Below are positions 28,734 to 38,444 of a DNA stretch of 64,000 bases, piece by piece. Source of the stretch: a bacterium (GTDB lineage: Bacteria; Patescibacteriota; Minisyncoccia; Sungbacterales; GWA2-42-14); NCBI GenBank assembly GCA_030649305.1, contig JAUSFV010000006.1:32-64031 (forward strand), read 5' to 3'. A program made the translations under genes and the position numbers. The notes below the pieces were generated by a model. That model worked only from the letters and a program-made list of their open reading frames with translations. It was not told the origin of the DNA and ran no database searches. Positions within the stretch are counted from its first letter, which is position 1; the number at the start of each line of letters is the position of its first letter.

Positions 28734-30281
28734 TTAATTTTTCTGAATTATTCTGTATTTTTTAAAAACCCAATACCCTATTATGCCATACAACGGCAGA
28801 AGCAAAATGCCGTAGGAAAGCGAAAACGAAACGGACGCAAGCGGGATATTCGCGAAAAATTTTATAGCCGAGAGTTCGTACTGAAGCAATGCCCAGCTAA
28901 CCCACGAAAAAACAAATGCGAGGGGTGAGAAAATAAAACCCGAAACGGCGGTTAAAAATCCGAACAACATAGTTGCGGGAATCATAATCAATACAGCAAG
29001 GTTGCTCAAGGGGCTTATGATAGAAATGCGCCCGAAATTATAGACCAACAAAGGTAAAACCAAAACTTGTGCTGAAATCGTTGCGGTAAAAATTTCGCGT
29101 ACAAACGATTTTTTCTGCTTTCGCAAAAATCCCCGCTCATCGCGCGGCACGCGAAAAAAATCATACGCACGATACTTCATCCGCTCCATATACCCGTCAA
29201 TAATCGGGGAAACATAAATCAAGCCGAGAGTCGCCAAAAACGACAACTGAAATGCGACATCAAAGCGCAAAATCTTCGGATTTTGAAAAATCATAACGGC
29301 TCCGGCAAACACCAGCGCGTTTCGCACATGATACAGCCGCCCTTCTTTTCGCGCAACGAGCACCAAAATACCCATAATTGCCGCCCGCACGATTGATGCC
29401 GACGCCCCCGTCAAAATGGTAAACGCAACAATCCCGAAGGTTGCGAGCACAAACGACCATGAAAATGGGAGTGAGAACCACGCGAGGAATTTCAAAAACG
29501 AATCCGCGACAATGGAAATGTTGTAACCCGAAAGTGCAATGATATGGGTTGTTCCCGTTTCCGCAAACTGGTCTAATAATTCCTGCGGCATGCTTTTTCG
29601 CTCGCCCAAAATTAAGCCCGCCATGAATGACGCGTGGGGTTCGGGTAAAAATCTGCCGAGATTTTCGGAAAATTTTGATTTAAGCAGAAATAATTTCTGA
29701 TATATTGGGTTCGCCCCGCCCTCGCCGACTTTTTCAACTTCGGGAAAACGCACGAGATAAAAAATATCGTCTTTTGCCAAATACGCGCGATAATCAAATT
29801 CGTCCGTAAAATTTTCCGGCTCTTCAATCGTTCCCGAAATTTTTAAAATATCGCCGTACTGAAATTCAGGGTACGGACGCATGATAAGAAGAATTTTTGC
29901 ATCATTATCCGACGCAACCACGACCTGCTGGCTTTTTGGTTTTCGTATTGGTTCATCAATAATCGACGCTTCAAACGAGATAGATTTACTAACAATATCG
30001 GGGGGCAAAATATGGGACACCGATGAAACCTGCGCGAAACGAAACATGCCCGCGACAAATACAAGCACCATCAACGAATAACAAATAGGTTTCAAAAAAA
30101 TAAATTCGCTTATTCGCACTGATTCGTTTTTCGCTGATGTAACGCCATATATGACCCCAACGCACCCCAATACAAAAAAAGCCCATATAACGATGGGGGC
30201 AAAAGTAACAAAGGAGGCAAACACAACGCCCACGACAAACGCGACGCATAACCAGAAAAAAATTTTTGATTTAGACGGCAT
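28734..30281 (-). CDS. comEC: ComEC/Rec2 competence membrane channel
   Basis: GTTHIIALSGYNI, SIVRAAIMG, FQLSFLAT; OB-type N-terminal domain. Confidence 0.93.
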   Translation of the reverse strand: MPSKSKIFFWLCVAFVVGVVFASFVTFAPIVIWAFFVLGCVGVIYGVTSAKNESVRISEFIFLKPICYSLMVLVFVAGMFRFAQVSSVSHILPPDIVSKSISFEASIIDEPIRKPKSQQVVVASDNDAKILLIMRPYPEFQYGDILKISGTIEEPENFTDEFDYRAYLAKDDIFYLVRFPEVEKVGEGGANPIYQKLFLLKSKFSENLGRFLPEPHASFMAGLILGERKSMPQELLDQFAETGTTHIIALSGYNISIVADSFLKFLAWFSLPFSWSFVLATFGIVAFTILTGASASIVRAAIMGILVLVARKEGRLYHVRNALVFAGAVMIFQNPKILRFDVAFQLSFLATLGLIYVSPIIDGYMERMKYRAYDFFRVPRDERGFLRKQKKSFVREIFTATISAQVLVLPLLVYNFGRISIISPLSNLAVLIMIPATMLFGFLTAVSGFIFSPLAFVFSWVSWALLQYELSAIKFFANIPLASVSFSLSYGILLLPLYGIIGYWVFKKYRIIQKN

Positions 30282-30338
30282 GCGCTTATTTGTAACGGAA
30301 AAATTCTCATGAGTCAAATTTGCCCTCCGTCATTCCTT

Positions 30339-30372
30339 ATTCCAATATACCAGTATACTGGTATATTGGAAT
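30339..30372. repeat. Perfect 34-bp palindrome upstream of comEC
   Basis: ATTCCAATATACCAGTA|TACTGGTATATTGGAAT. Confidence 0.9.
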
Positions 30373-30415
30373 GTAACCCAAAAAGAAAAAACGGCCGAAG
30401 CCGTTCATGGATAAA

Positions 30416-30778
30416 TTATTTTTTCTTTCTGGTGGGGTAAACCAACATCGCATCTTCCCCGCACTCAAGATATAAGCACTCTTCACCGATATCTTCGCAG
30501 ATCAACGCGAGAAACTTTTGAAGTTTAGGAACTTTTGTCTTCCGTTCGTTTTCCTTAAACGCAACCCTGAATTCCCGCAACTCATCATATTCTGTCTGCT
30601 CTGAAGTAAAATAGCCATAAATATTTCCCGATGCGCACGTATAACCGTTAAAATTATCCAGCAAGAAATTATGAATCGTACGCGCGATATTCTGCCGTGT
30701 TTTTGAATACTTGCGGTTGTAAACTTTAATAGAGGGGAGGAGAAAAGTCGCTCTTTTCCCGAGGTCCTCAATTTTCAT
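30416..30778 (-). CDS. Hypothetical protein
   Basis: 120-aa ORF with AAGGAG RBS. Confidence 0.75.
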   Translation of the reverse strand: MKIEDLGKRATFLLPSIKVYNRKYSKTRQNIARTIHNFLLDNFNGYTCASGNIYGYFTSEQTEYDELREFRVAFKENERKTKVPKLQKFLALICEDIGEECLYLECGEDAMLVYPTRKKK

Positions 30779-30837
30779 TATCAACTCCTTGTTATAAAAA
30801 ACTATATAATTCGTATCAAAAGTTTTACAAATTGTCA

Positions 30838-30937
30838 ACCCCATTAGAAAATTTGCAAAAGGCTTTCCCACACGATAATGAATCTGTAAAACGCTATCTG
30901 AATACTATGGCGAATCACTGAAAATTTTCTAACGGGG
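30838..30937. repeat. CCCCATTAGAAAATTT...AAATTTTCTAACGGGG inverted-repeat element
   Basis: Same terminal motif as 19581-19724. Confidence 0.7.
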
Positions 30938-31459
30938 CTAGTACTCCAATCCCCGCTTGCCCTTGATGCCTTTTTCGTACGGATGCTTTATGTCGCGCAT
31001 CTCGGTAACCAAATCCGCAATATCAATGAAATCTTGGGGGGCGTTGCGGCCGGTGAGAATAATAGTTGGTAGTTTGTAGTGAGTAGCTTGTAGCAACGCT
31101 AAAACTTTTTCTTTTAAGATTAAACCCAAATCAACGGCGTTATTGATTTCGTCTAAAATAACAATATCCCACGCGCCCGATTCAATTTCTTTTTTTGCAA
31201 GCGCCAACCCTTCTTCCGCGGCTTTTACATGTTCCTCGCGTGGAAGCGTATCGCCCATAATTCCTACAAATCCTTTTCCCGTTTTCAGCAACTTAAAATT
31301 CGGCGCAAGTAATTTTGCGGACTCGTCTTCGCCGGATTTCCATGGACCCTTGATGAATTGTATCATCAAAACGCGCTTGCCCTCGCCAACGGCGCGTATT
31401 GCTTGACCGAGTGCCGCAGTGGTTTTTCCTTTTCCGTTGCCCGTGAAAACGTAAATCAT
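30938..31459 (-). CDS. cobO: Cob(I)alamin adenosyltransferase (CobO/BtuR type)
   Basis: TGNGKGKTTAALG, IQFIKG, ILDEI, LTGR, ADLVTEM..IKHPY. Confidence 0.95.
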   Translation of the reverse strand: MIYVFTGNGKGKTTAALGQAIRAVGEGKRVLMIQFIKGPWKSGEDESAKLLAPNFKLLKTGKGFVGIMGDTLPREEHVKAAEEGLALAKKEIESGAWDIVILDEINNAVDLGLILKEKVLALLQATHYKLPTIILTGRNAPQDFIDIADLVTEMRDIKHPYEKGIKGKRGLEY

Positions 31460-31524
31460 TGACTTTTATCTAGATTTAAAGTATAATAAAAATAAGCGAA
31501 ATTGCCCTTTGAAAGGAAAATTAA

Positions 31525-31875
31525 ATGTCCATAATGATCTTCGATCCGAATACATTTGAAAAACTCATAGAGGTAGAAGGAGAACACTATAGGCGTTTTA
31601 GGAGTAAAAGATTGTTCGGCGATAATTCTTTTGACGCGCTCCTTGAGGAGTGGGGCAAACATGATTTGGATGACCCGAAATTTAAAAACGGCCCGACATT
31701 CAGCATGGGCACTATTTATGGCGATGGCGGCTGGCACAGATATATTGTGCGCAATAGCGGAGAAATACTGTTTCTTCGGTCAGCCGCAAGGGGCTGGCCC
31801 ACCTCGGAACACGAACTATGGATTAAGAAAGCGCGAATGGTTGGTTTTCGAATTTTTCCGGAAGATCTTCCGTAG
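31525..31875 (+). CDS. Hypothetical protein
   Basis: 116-aa ORF, first of a three-gene run. Confidence 0.65.
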   Translation: MSIMIFDPNTFEKLIEVEGEHYRRFRSKRLFGDNSFDALLEEWGKHDLDDPKFKNGPTFSMGTIYGDGGWHRYIVRNSGEILFLRSAARGWPTSEHELWIKKARMVGFRIFPEDLP

Positions 31876-31893
31876 CCCAGAAGGAGGCATCAA

Positions 31894-32244
31894 ATGGAAA
31901 ACCCGTGCTGTATCGCGTTGTTTACTTTCGAACCGAAAAAGATCACGGACTTTCTTGATCTTTCAAAAAATCGGCTGCCGCTTTTCAAAACCACCGTTGT
32001 CAAAACCAGAAAAGATAGGGAGTTCGGACAGGGATATCACGTGACTATCTACACTACCGAACAAATGCTCCGTTTTCTTGCAGCTAGCGGAGCAGAGATG
32101 ACCCCATATTACAAAAGTGTCTGCCCCCGAGGGCACATACTTTATTCCAACGCGCAGATGAATGCATGCGAGTGCCCCAATGGCGTATACAGAGAAAAAA
32201 TCGCGGAGGAATACTTCTACAACTCCCGCACCGACACCGCGTGA
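31894..32244 (+). CDS. Hypothetical protein with a possible metal-binding C-terminus
   Basis: AGGAGG RBS; CPRGH...CECP. Confidence 0.65.
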   Translation: MENPCCIALFTFEPKKITDFLDLSKNRLPLFKTTVVKTRKDREFGQGYHVTIYTTEQMLRFLAASGAEMTPYYKSVCPRGHILYSNAQMNACECPNGVYREKIAEEYFYNSRTDTA

Positions 32245-32285
32245 CCCGCGCCCCCCATCGCATAATCTAAAAAAGGAGAAACACC

Positions 32286-32606
32286 GTGAAAGTATGGCTG
32301 GACGACAACCATACGGGACAGAGACCCACTCCGCCCGGATGGATGCATGCGCATAATTTTTCAGAGCTTGTAAAACTGCTGGACGAAAATCCGGAGCCGA
32401 TTGAGGTCATGAGCTTTGACAATGACCTTGGTGATTTTGATGAACACGGAAGGGAGCGAACCGGATACTGGATCATACAATGGCTCGCCGAGAACCGACT
32501 TGATCGGTACCCGAAAAAAGTCCTTGTTCACTCCAAGAATTGCGTGGACAAGCCGAATATCCTCGGCTTTGATCAAAACGTACGAAAGCATCTGCTTTCG
32601 GAATAA
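32286..32606 (+). CDS. Cyclic-phosphate-processing receiver-like domain protein
   Basis: KVWLDD..R..PPGW, SFDNDLG, TGY, VHSKN pattern. Confidence 0.75.
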   Translation: MKVWLDDNHTGQRPTPPGWMHAHNFSELVKLLDENPEPIEVMSFDNDLGDFDEHGRERTGYWIIQWLAENRLDRYPKKVLVHSKNCVDKPNILGFDQNVRKHLLSE

Positions 32607-32747
32607 ACACTCCCCAGCCATCACGGCGGGGAGTTTTTTTATAACTCGCCGATAAAATCGCTCCGACGTATACGCCGGAGCGATTTTTTTACCTTAAGAA
32701 AACCTTTTTTATTCTCAAGATGCGACAGCTGCATTCCTCTGGCAAAG

Positions 32748-32876
32748 CGATGTTCTCTTGCAGACCATCTTGAGGCCGAGCGGGCATGGTCTCCGACCGA
32801 AGTCGGAGGAGCGAGGCCGAAAGCTGAGTGAGTGCGCTTCGCTGGAACGCACGAGTGTGTCTGCGAGAGGATATTG
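32748..32876 (+). repeat. Structured dispersed element, copy A
   Basis: ATGTTCTCTTGCAGAC...GTCTGCGAGAGGATAT closing stem; internal GGTCTCCGACCGAAGTCGGAG; related copy at 36120. Confidence 0.7.
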
Positions 32877-32891
32877 CCGAGCCATCACACA

Positions 32892-35282
32892 TTACGCTTC
32901 AACGGGCATCTTCTGTTCTGCCTCCTTTGGCGCCCCCTTCTCCACCTCGCCCCCCAAATCAATTTCGCACACCCCCGATACGCACGCCAATTCATGCGAC
33001 CCCGATGTTTCATCATCCTCCTCGTAGGTCACAATATTTGCAAAATCAATTTCAGGAAGTTTCCCGACAAGTTCCTCATACTGCTTCTCAGTAATTTCCT
33101 CATAGGGCGAAAGTTTATAGACATGGTCTGACCGCGGCAAAAACGATAATCCTCCCAGCATCTCCCAATTTTTATAGAGCCAGTTTGCCGTATCAATCCA
33201 TTCATCCTCCCCCACCGAAATCGTGACGGAGGGATTATGCTCCGTGAAATTTTCTTTCACCATCTTCCAATATTCCAGCTGCTCGCGAGATGACAAGTCA
33301 TTCCGAAACACCGCCCCACCCGGCGCTTTCACCGGAAATTCAAGAACGTAGGTCGTTGCGGAATTCTCAAGCTGCCCCACTTCCGCGTGATACGGAAACT
33401 TCTGGTCCTTCAACATATGAAACAGGGGGTCGGATGCCGAGATGCGGATACGGCGGATATAGTAGCGCGCATGGCGCGGATGCATGCCGGATGCCGCATC
33501 CACCAACTGCGACACCGTGCCCGACGGCTTCACGCACGTTACACAGGTTGACGCGTTAATTTCAAATCGTTTCGCGTATTCACGATTCACCTCAAGGGCG
33601 CGTGAGCGCATTTTTTGCAAAACCCCCGCGTTACGTACAACCGGAGCATCCCATTGCCCCGTGATAGAAACACCCAACAACCGTTCCTCTTCGCAATTTT
33701 GTTTCCATTCTTTTGAAATATATTTAAAATTCGTGAGGGTTGACTGATAGGTACCGAGGATTGTCGCAAGACGCACTTTTTTAAGAAGCGTTTCCTCCGT
33801 ATCATCCGCACGCGCAACCACCTCGGTCAGATTGCAAAATTGCTTTGATTTCAGGACGATTTCACCGCAGGGATTCGTGCCGGCACTCCCCGAGTCCTCC
33901 GCAAACACCTTCCAGCGCCTGTTTGGAAGCTGAGCCTTGAGTCCCCCGCGATTAAAAATCCCACGCTCGCCCGTACCGCTTTTGGCAAGCGCCAACCATT
34001 CAACAAGAAAGGTCTTCGCATCGGGCTTTTCATTATACACTGCAGAATTATTTGCCATAGCGCGCTGGGGGTCCGAAAGATAAAATTGTCCTGTTTTGGC
34101 GCGCCGCATTTCCTCATCATCCAAATCAGAAAGAGAAATTAAGGCACTCCTCCGCACACCCCCCATTACGACCACTTCGCCGATTTTGCAGATAATGTCA
34201 TGCACATCAATATTCGTCAAACGCTTGCCTTGTCGCGCCAAAATTTTCGCGCGTGAAAAATCAAGAAGCGCCCGTAGGGGGTCAGGCCCAGAACTCCGTC
34301 CACCCATCGTATGAAGCCGCGCGCCCGCGAGACGCAGAAGCGAATAATCAAACGCAATATCTTTTCCCGAATACCACGCATTCAAACCAAGGGTCAGCGC
34401 ATTCCCCCATCCTTCTTTGCTATCCTCAATCACGTGTACCGGAATTTTTTTCTTTCCCTTGGCCGAGCCATCAGGATTTAGGCCGTGTCCGTTTCCGTTT
34501 TGCCGCTTGATAATCGGAAGCTTCTGAACATTTTGCGACTCCACGGAAAAACCGACGCCCGTACCGCACATCAACAAATACATAATCTCGGCAAAGTCCT
34601 TTACCTTTGATGGCGCAATAAAAGAACAATTGTACGCGCACACGTTTGTTTTTCGCGCAGCAGACCCCGCACTCCACATAAGGCGCATGGAAGGCATCAC
34701 TTCCTGACGCAACACGGCTTGCCGCAATTCCTCATATTCTTCTTCTTTCAGCTTGTCCCCGAGATTCTCGCGCATAAAATCAAAATAGCGCCCGACGGTC
34801 TCAACCCAGGTCTCACGCCTTCCCTCTCCATCCATCCAGCGCGAATACGTACGATAATAAATAAATTCGCCAAGCGGATTTTTAAAATATTGTTTGCTTT
34901 CCCGCACAAACTCATTTACTTTTTCGGGAACAAGTTTTTGGCGTTCCCGGATTTCCCCGCGCTTGCTCCGATACAAAATATAGGCCTTCGCGGTTTTTGG
35001 GAAATCCATAAGGATAAGCGCCTCCTCCACCGCGTCCTGAATTTCTTCAATGGTCGGCGTATGCGTCGGAGGATAGGTTTTCACCAATTCCTGCACCACC
35101 TTCTCCGAAATGCGCGCGGGGTCCTGCGACAAATCGCCCTCGCCAACAGCATGCATGGCTCGATACGCCGCGTTCATGATACGGCCTTGGTCAAATGGCA
35201 CAATACGGCCGTCGCGTTTCTGCACGGATATAAACGGAACCACAACTTTTCCTGATTTTCCGACGACGTTTTTGTGTGCCAT
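32892..35282 (-). CDS. nrdJ: Class II (AdoCbl-dependent) ribonucleotide reductase with N-terminal ATP-cone
   Basis: VQKRDGRIVPFD ATP-cone, YNCSF, VRRSALI, TNPCGE, VKPSGT, C-terminal ACVSGVCE. Confidence 0.94.
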   Translation of the reverse strand: MAHKNVVGKSGKVVVPFISVQKRDGRIVPFDQGRIMNAAYRAMHAVGEGDLSQDPARISEKVVQELVKTYPPTHTPTIEEIQDAVEEALILMDFPKTAKAYILYRSKRGEIRERQKLVPEKVNEFVRESKQYFKNPLGEFIYYRTYSRWMDGEGRRETWVETVGRYFDFMRENLGDKLKEEEYEELRQAVLRQEVMPSMRLMWSAGSAARKTNVCAYNCSFIAPSKVKDFAEIMYLLMCGTGVGFSVESQNVQKLPIIKRQNGNGHGLNPDGSAKGKKKIPVHVIEDSKEGWGNALTLGLNAWYSGKDIAFDYSLLRLAGARLHTMGGRSSGPDPLRALLDFSRAKILARQGKRLTNIDVHDIICKIGEVVVMGGVRRSALISLSDLDDEEMRRAKTGQFYLSDPQRAMANNSAVYNEKPDAKTFLVEWLALAKSGTGERGIFNRGGLKAQLPNRRWKVFAEDSGSAGTNPCGEIVLKSKQFCNLTEVVARADDTEETLLKKVRLATILGTYQSTLTNFKYISKEWKQNCEEERLLGVSITGQWDAPVVRNAGVLQKMRSRALEVNREYAKRFEINASTCVTCVKPSGTVSQLVDAASGMHPRHARYYIRRIRISASDPLFHMLKDQKFPYHAEVGQLENSATTYVLEFPVKAPGGAVFRNDLSSREQLEYWKMVKENFTEHNPSVTISVGEDEWIDTANWLYKNWEMLGGLSFLPRSDHVYKLSPYEEITEKQYEELVGKLPEIDFANIVTYEEDDETSGSHELACVSGVCEIDLGGEVEKGAPKEAEQKMPVEA

Positions 35283-35612
35283 ACGACTTTTACTTAAAAA
35301 CTCATCTGCTTCCGGTCCCAAAAGTACAAAATTGCCACTTTGTGAAGATGACGGTTACCCGCCTCACAAAGTGGCAATATATAGATTTGTGATCATGAAA
35401 GTGATCGCGTTTTTAAGTTGTTTAAGAGATTATATTTTTATCATACGCCTTCCGAAAAAGGATATCAAAATTTTTCTGTGGATAACTCCGAAAATTGTTG
35501 ACAAAAATTAACAAAAATGCTATATTAAAATCCATCAAAGTTCGTTGAGAGGGCTAAACGCCTATTGGCGTCGCCCGAACACGCCCGAGGGCGTGTTCGG
35601 GGGAGAATAAAA

Positions 35613-35840
35613 ATGAAAAAAATAGCATGCGTAACGCTCGCACTCGGAATCATGTTTGTTTCACGGGGTGTTTTCGCCGAAGAAAGGCCACCGATTCTTC
35701 AAAATCCAGAAAAAGACACCCCCACAATTGAAAGAACAGAACAAAAACCCGAGCAAACTATCATCAAAAGAGTGGCAATCAACGAAGACGGCACAATCAC
35801 AATCTATTACGAGGGCAGCGACAACGCTCCCTCACAATAA
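35613..35840 (+). CDS. Small secreted hypothetical protein
   Basis: Signal peptide MKKIACVTLALGIMF...VFA; upstream TTGACA..TATATT promoter; downstream terminator. Confidence 0.6.
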   Translation: MKKIACVTLALGIMFVSRGVFAEERPPILQNPEKDTPTIERTEQKPEQTIIKRVAINEDGTITIYYEGSDNAPSQ

Positions 35841-36119
35841 CCAAAAACCCCGACGGACAACCGACGGGGGTTTTTATTTTTCTATTTCTATTGAAGTCGG
35901 ACTTCAATAGAAACTCCAACAAATCTCCCTCCTCCCCACAAAAATCGTTTTACGATACGCCCCTAGCATTTGGTATATTCTTTTTGAGACCATGAGGCGG
36001 CAATGCAACACGATGCTCTAATAAAAATGTAGCTATATTTGCGATAGCAAATATAGCTACATTTTTCTAAAACAACCAAACAAAAAAGGCGTTTCTCTGA
36101 CGCCCTTCCAAATTCCGAT

Positions 36120-36239
36120 ATGTTCTTTCGAGACCATGAGGAGGCAATCCAGCCCGGTCTCCGACCGCAGTCGGAGTGGATTACCGACGACTGAACGAAG
36201 TAGGGCGCCCGGCCGAGCGAGCGTGTCGAGAAAGAACAT
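36120..36239 (+). repeat. Structured dispersed element, copy B
   Basis: ATGTTCTTTCGAGAC...GTCGAGAAAGAACAT; internal GGTCTCCGACCGCAGTCGGAG. Confidence 0.7.
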
Positions 36240-36252
36240 GGCGAAATCTACA

Positions 36253-37359
36253 CTATTTCTTCCGACGGAGAAACGCCGGCACCGAATCCCACTCTGACTC
36301 TTCCTCCTGTGCGGGTTTCACCGCTCCATTCATGGGCTTCACCGGAGACGCTATGCCGTTCGTCGCGGGCTTGCGCAATTCGGGTGCCACCGCGCGCGCG
36401 CCATTCCCGTTAAATCCTGTTGCAATAACCGTAATTTTAATTTCGCCTTTTTTCAGGCGCTCATCATGCACCGCGCCGAAAATCAACTTCGCGTTCGTAT
36501 CAACAGATTCAGTAATAATTTTCGCGGCTTCATTAATCTCCCACATGGTCAAATCCGGACCGCCTGATACGTTAAAAAGCACTCCGCGGGCGCCGTTGAT
36601 GGAAATATCAAGCAGGGGCGAGCTGATTGCAGCCTGTGCCGCCTGCATATGCCGGTTCTCGCCCGACGCAATGCCAACCCCCATCAAAGCGCTTCCCGTA
36701 TCCTCCATCACCGCGCGCACATCCGCAAAATCAACATTCACCAACCCCGGCATCGTAATCAAATCTGAAATTCCGCGAACGGCATGTTGTAACACCTCAT
36801 CGCAAATTCTGAACGCAGCAAGAAGCGGCGTATTCCGCTCAATCATATTTAAAATCCGATCATTCGGAATCGTAATTAAAGCGTCCACCTTGTCTTTTAA
36901 TCTCGCCCAACCCTCCTCGGCAATTTTTCCTCTTTGATTTCCTTCAAAGGCAAAGGGCTTTGTCACAACCGCAACCGTTAAAGCACCCGATTCTTTCGCG
37001 GCCTCCGCGACAATGGGTGCCGCACCCGACCCTGTTCCTCCTCCAAGTCCGCATGTAATAAAAACCATGTCAGAGCCCTTCAGCGCCTCGTGAATTTCGT
37101 CGCGGTTTTCTTCCGCCGCCTGCCGCCCGATTTCGGCATTCATCCCCGCCCCCAACCCTTTCGTCAGATTTTTTCCAATGTGGATTTTGCTGGTCGCTTT
37201 ATTGTGATGCAATGCCTGCGCATCCGTATTAATCGCAATAAAATTCACGCCGTGAATTTTGGCGTCCATCATACGGGTGATGGCAGACCCACCGGATCCG
37301 CCCACGCCCACAACTTTTATTTTCGCGTAGGTTTCTATGTCGGGTTTTACTTGTGGCAT
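36253..37359 (-). CDS. ftsZ: Cell division protein FtsZ
   Basis: IKVVGVGGSG, GLGGGTGSG, NVDFADV, C-terminal VPAFLRRKK. Confidence 0.99.
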   Translation of the reverse strand: MPQVKPDIETYAKIKVVGVGGSGGSAITRMMDAKIHGVNFIAINTDAQALHHNKATSKIHIGKNLTKGLGAGMNAEIGRQAAEENRDEIHEALKGSDMVFITCGLGGGTGSGAAPIVAEAAKESGALTVAVVTKPFAFEGNQRGKIAEEGWARLKDKVDALITIPNDRILNMIERNTPLLAAFRICDEVLQHAVRGISDLITMPGLVNVDFADVRAVMEDTGSALMGVGIASGENRHMQAAQAAISSPLLDISINGARGVLFNVSGGPDLTMWEINEAAKIITESVDTNAKLIFGAVHDERLKKGEIKITVIATGFNGNGARAVAPELRKPATNGIASPVKPMNGAVKPAQEEESEWDSVPAFLRRKK

Positions 37360-37488
37360 TTCCTTAAGCTCATTAAGTAAATTAAGCACGTTAAGTAAAT
37401 TAAGTCCCGCATGCTTAACTTGCTTAATACGCCTAACTTGCTTAACTCGCTTATTTTAATGTATTCTTTCCCGAAATCCGAGGCAATA

Positions 37489-37517
37489 TTGACAAAAAAA
37501 ACGCCATATGCTACACT
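37489..37517 (+). promoter_or_regulatory. sigma70 promoter of prcB-prcA
   Basis: TTGACA-17 bp-TACACT with extended TG. Confidence 0.65.
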
Positions 37518-37574
37518 ACCCGTAACATACGGCTCTTCGAAAACCGAATAAAAACCCAACACCAGGAGGCAAAA

Positions 37575-38432
37575 ATGAATATTCCAGCAGAGTTTAGAAA
37601 CTTCTCACCATCTTCACTACTTGAAACACCCGAACTCCAAAACTTTATCAAAAATCGTCAAGCCGGACTGAATGAGATGCCTCGTGACATTCTTGAGAAA
37701 ATGGCGGGAATCATCCGCAGTTCCACCGTGCTCACGGGCATCACGTTTGATGGCGGGGTTATCGCGGGCGCCGATGGGCAGTCAACCGATACACGGGGAC
37801 TTGAAATCGCTGATGACCAAGCCCCGAAATTGCACCAGGTGGCGCCACATACCGTTATCGGCATGACGGGCTCGTCCGCCCAATGCGATGAACTAGCGCG
37901 AATCATTGAAGAGGTGCTACGCGTTGATGAAGCAATCAATCAATTCGCAGACACCCCCCTTACCACAGAAGGCACCGTAGGAAGAGTGTCTATGGTAGTC
38001 AGACAAAATCTTCCTCTCGTCGCCTACTATGGCCTTATCGCCATCCCCCTCCTTACCACCATCAACAAGGAAACCGGGGAAGGAAAGGTGTATCATTACG
38101 ATGCCGTGGGAGGATATTCTGACGCCACCGAAGGATTTTGGGCTGATGGTTGCGGGGGCCCGAATGCGAAAGGAATATTCCGAGGAAACACAAAAGATAT
38201 TGCGAAGGGACTTTCAAAAGACGCCGCCATCATGCTTACCGTACACGCGCTCGCAAAGACATGCCATGTCAATGCCGGATGCGGAGGTAAGCTCCTCGTA
38301 AAAGTCATCACCAAGCAAGACGGCATCGTTGATGTATCTCAGGACCGAATCGCGGAAATCTGCAAAGAACTCGGTCCGCGGGTGATCGGAACATATGGCC
38401 TTGGATACCCCTACGCAACCCCCAGGGAATAG
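37575..38432 (+). CDS. prcB: 20S proteasome beta subunit with propeptide
   Basis: ~50-aa propeptide, then T1VLTGITFDGGVIAGAD17, K33 equivalent, VRQNL, GLIAIPLL, YDAVGG; aligns by eye with actinobacterial PrcB. Confidence 0.88.
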   Translation: MNIPAEFRNFSPSSLLETPELQNFIKNRQAGLNEMPRDILEKMAGIIRSSTVLTGITFDGGVIAGADGQSTDTRGLEIADDQAPKLHQVAPHTVIGMTGSSAQCDELARIIEEVLRVDEAINQFADTPLTTEGTVGRVSMVVRQNLPLVAYYGLIAIPLLTTINKETGEGKVYHYDAVGGYSDATEGFWADGCGGPNAKGIFRGNTKDIAKGLSKDAAIMLTVHALAKTCHVNAGCGGKLLVKVITKQDGIVDVSQDRIAEICKELGPRVIGTYGLGYPYATPRE

Positions 38433-38444
38433 GAGGAAAAAATC

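Noticed and set aside
35470-35510. TGTGGATAA DnaA box as a replication origin
   Set aside because: Single box, no cluster, no dnaA or dnaN nearby
35283-35560. Cobalamin riboswitch upstream of nrdJ
   Set aside because: No recognisable B12-box or GGGAA core; only a simple inverted repeat
37575-38432. Beta subunit as HslV, or as a Thr1-to-Ser variant
   Set aside because: The propeptide, adjacent alpha subunit and Pup genes indicate a 20S beta; counting back from Asp17 places Thr at position 1
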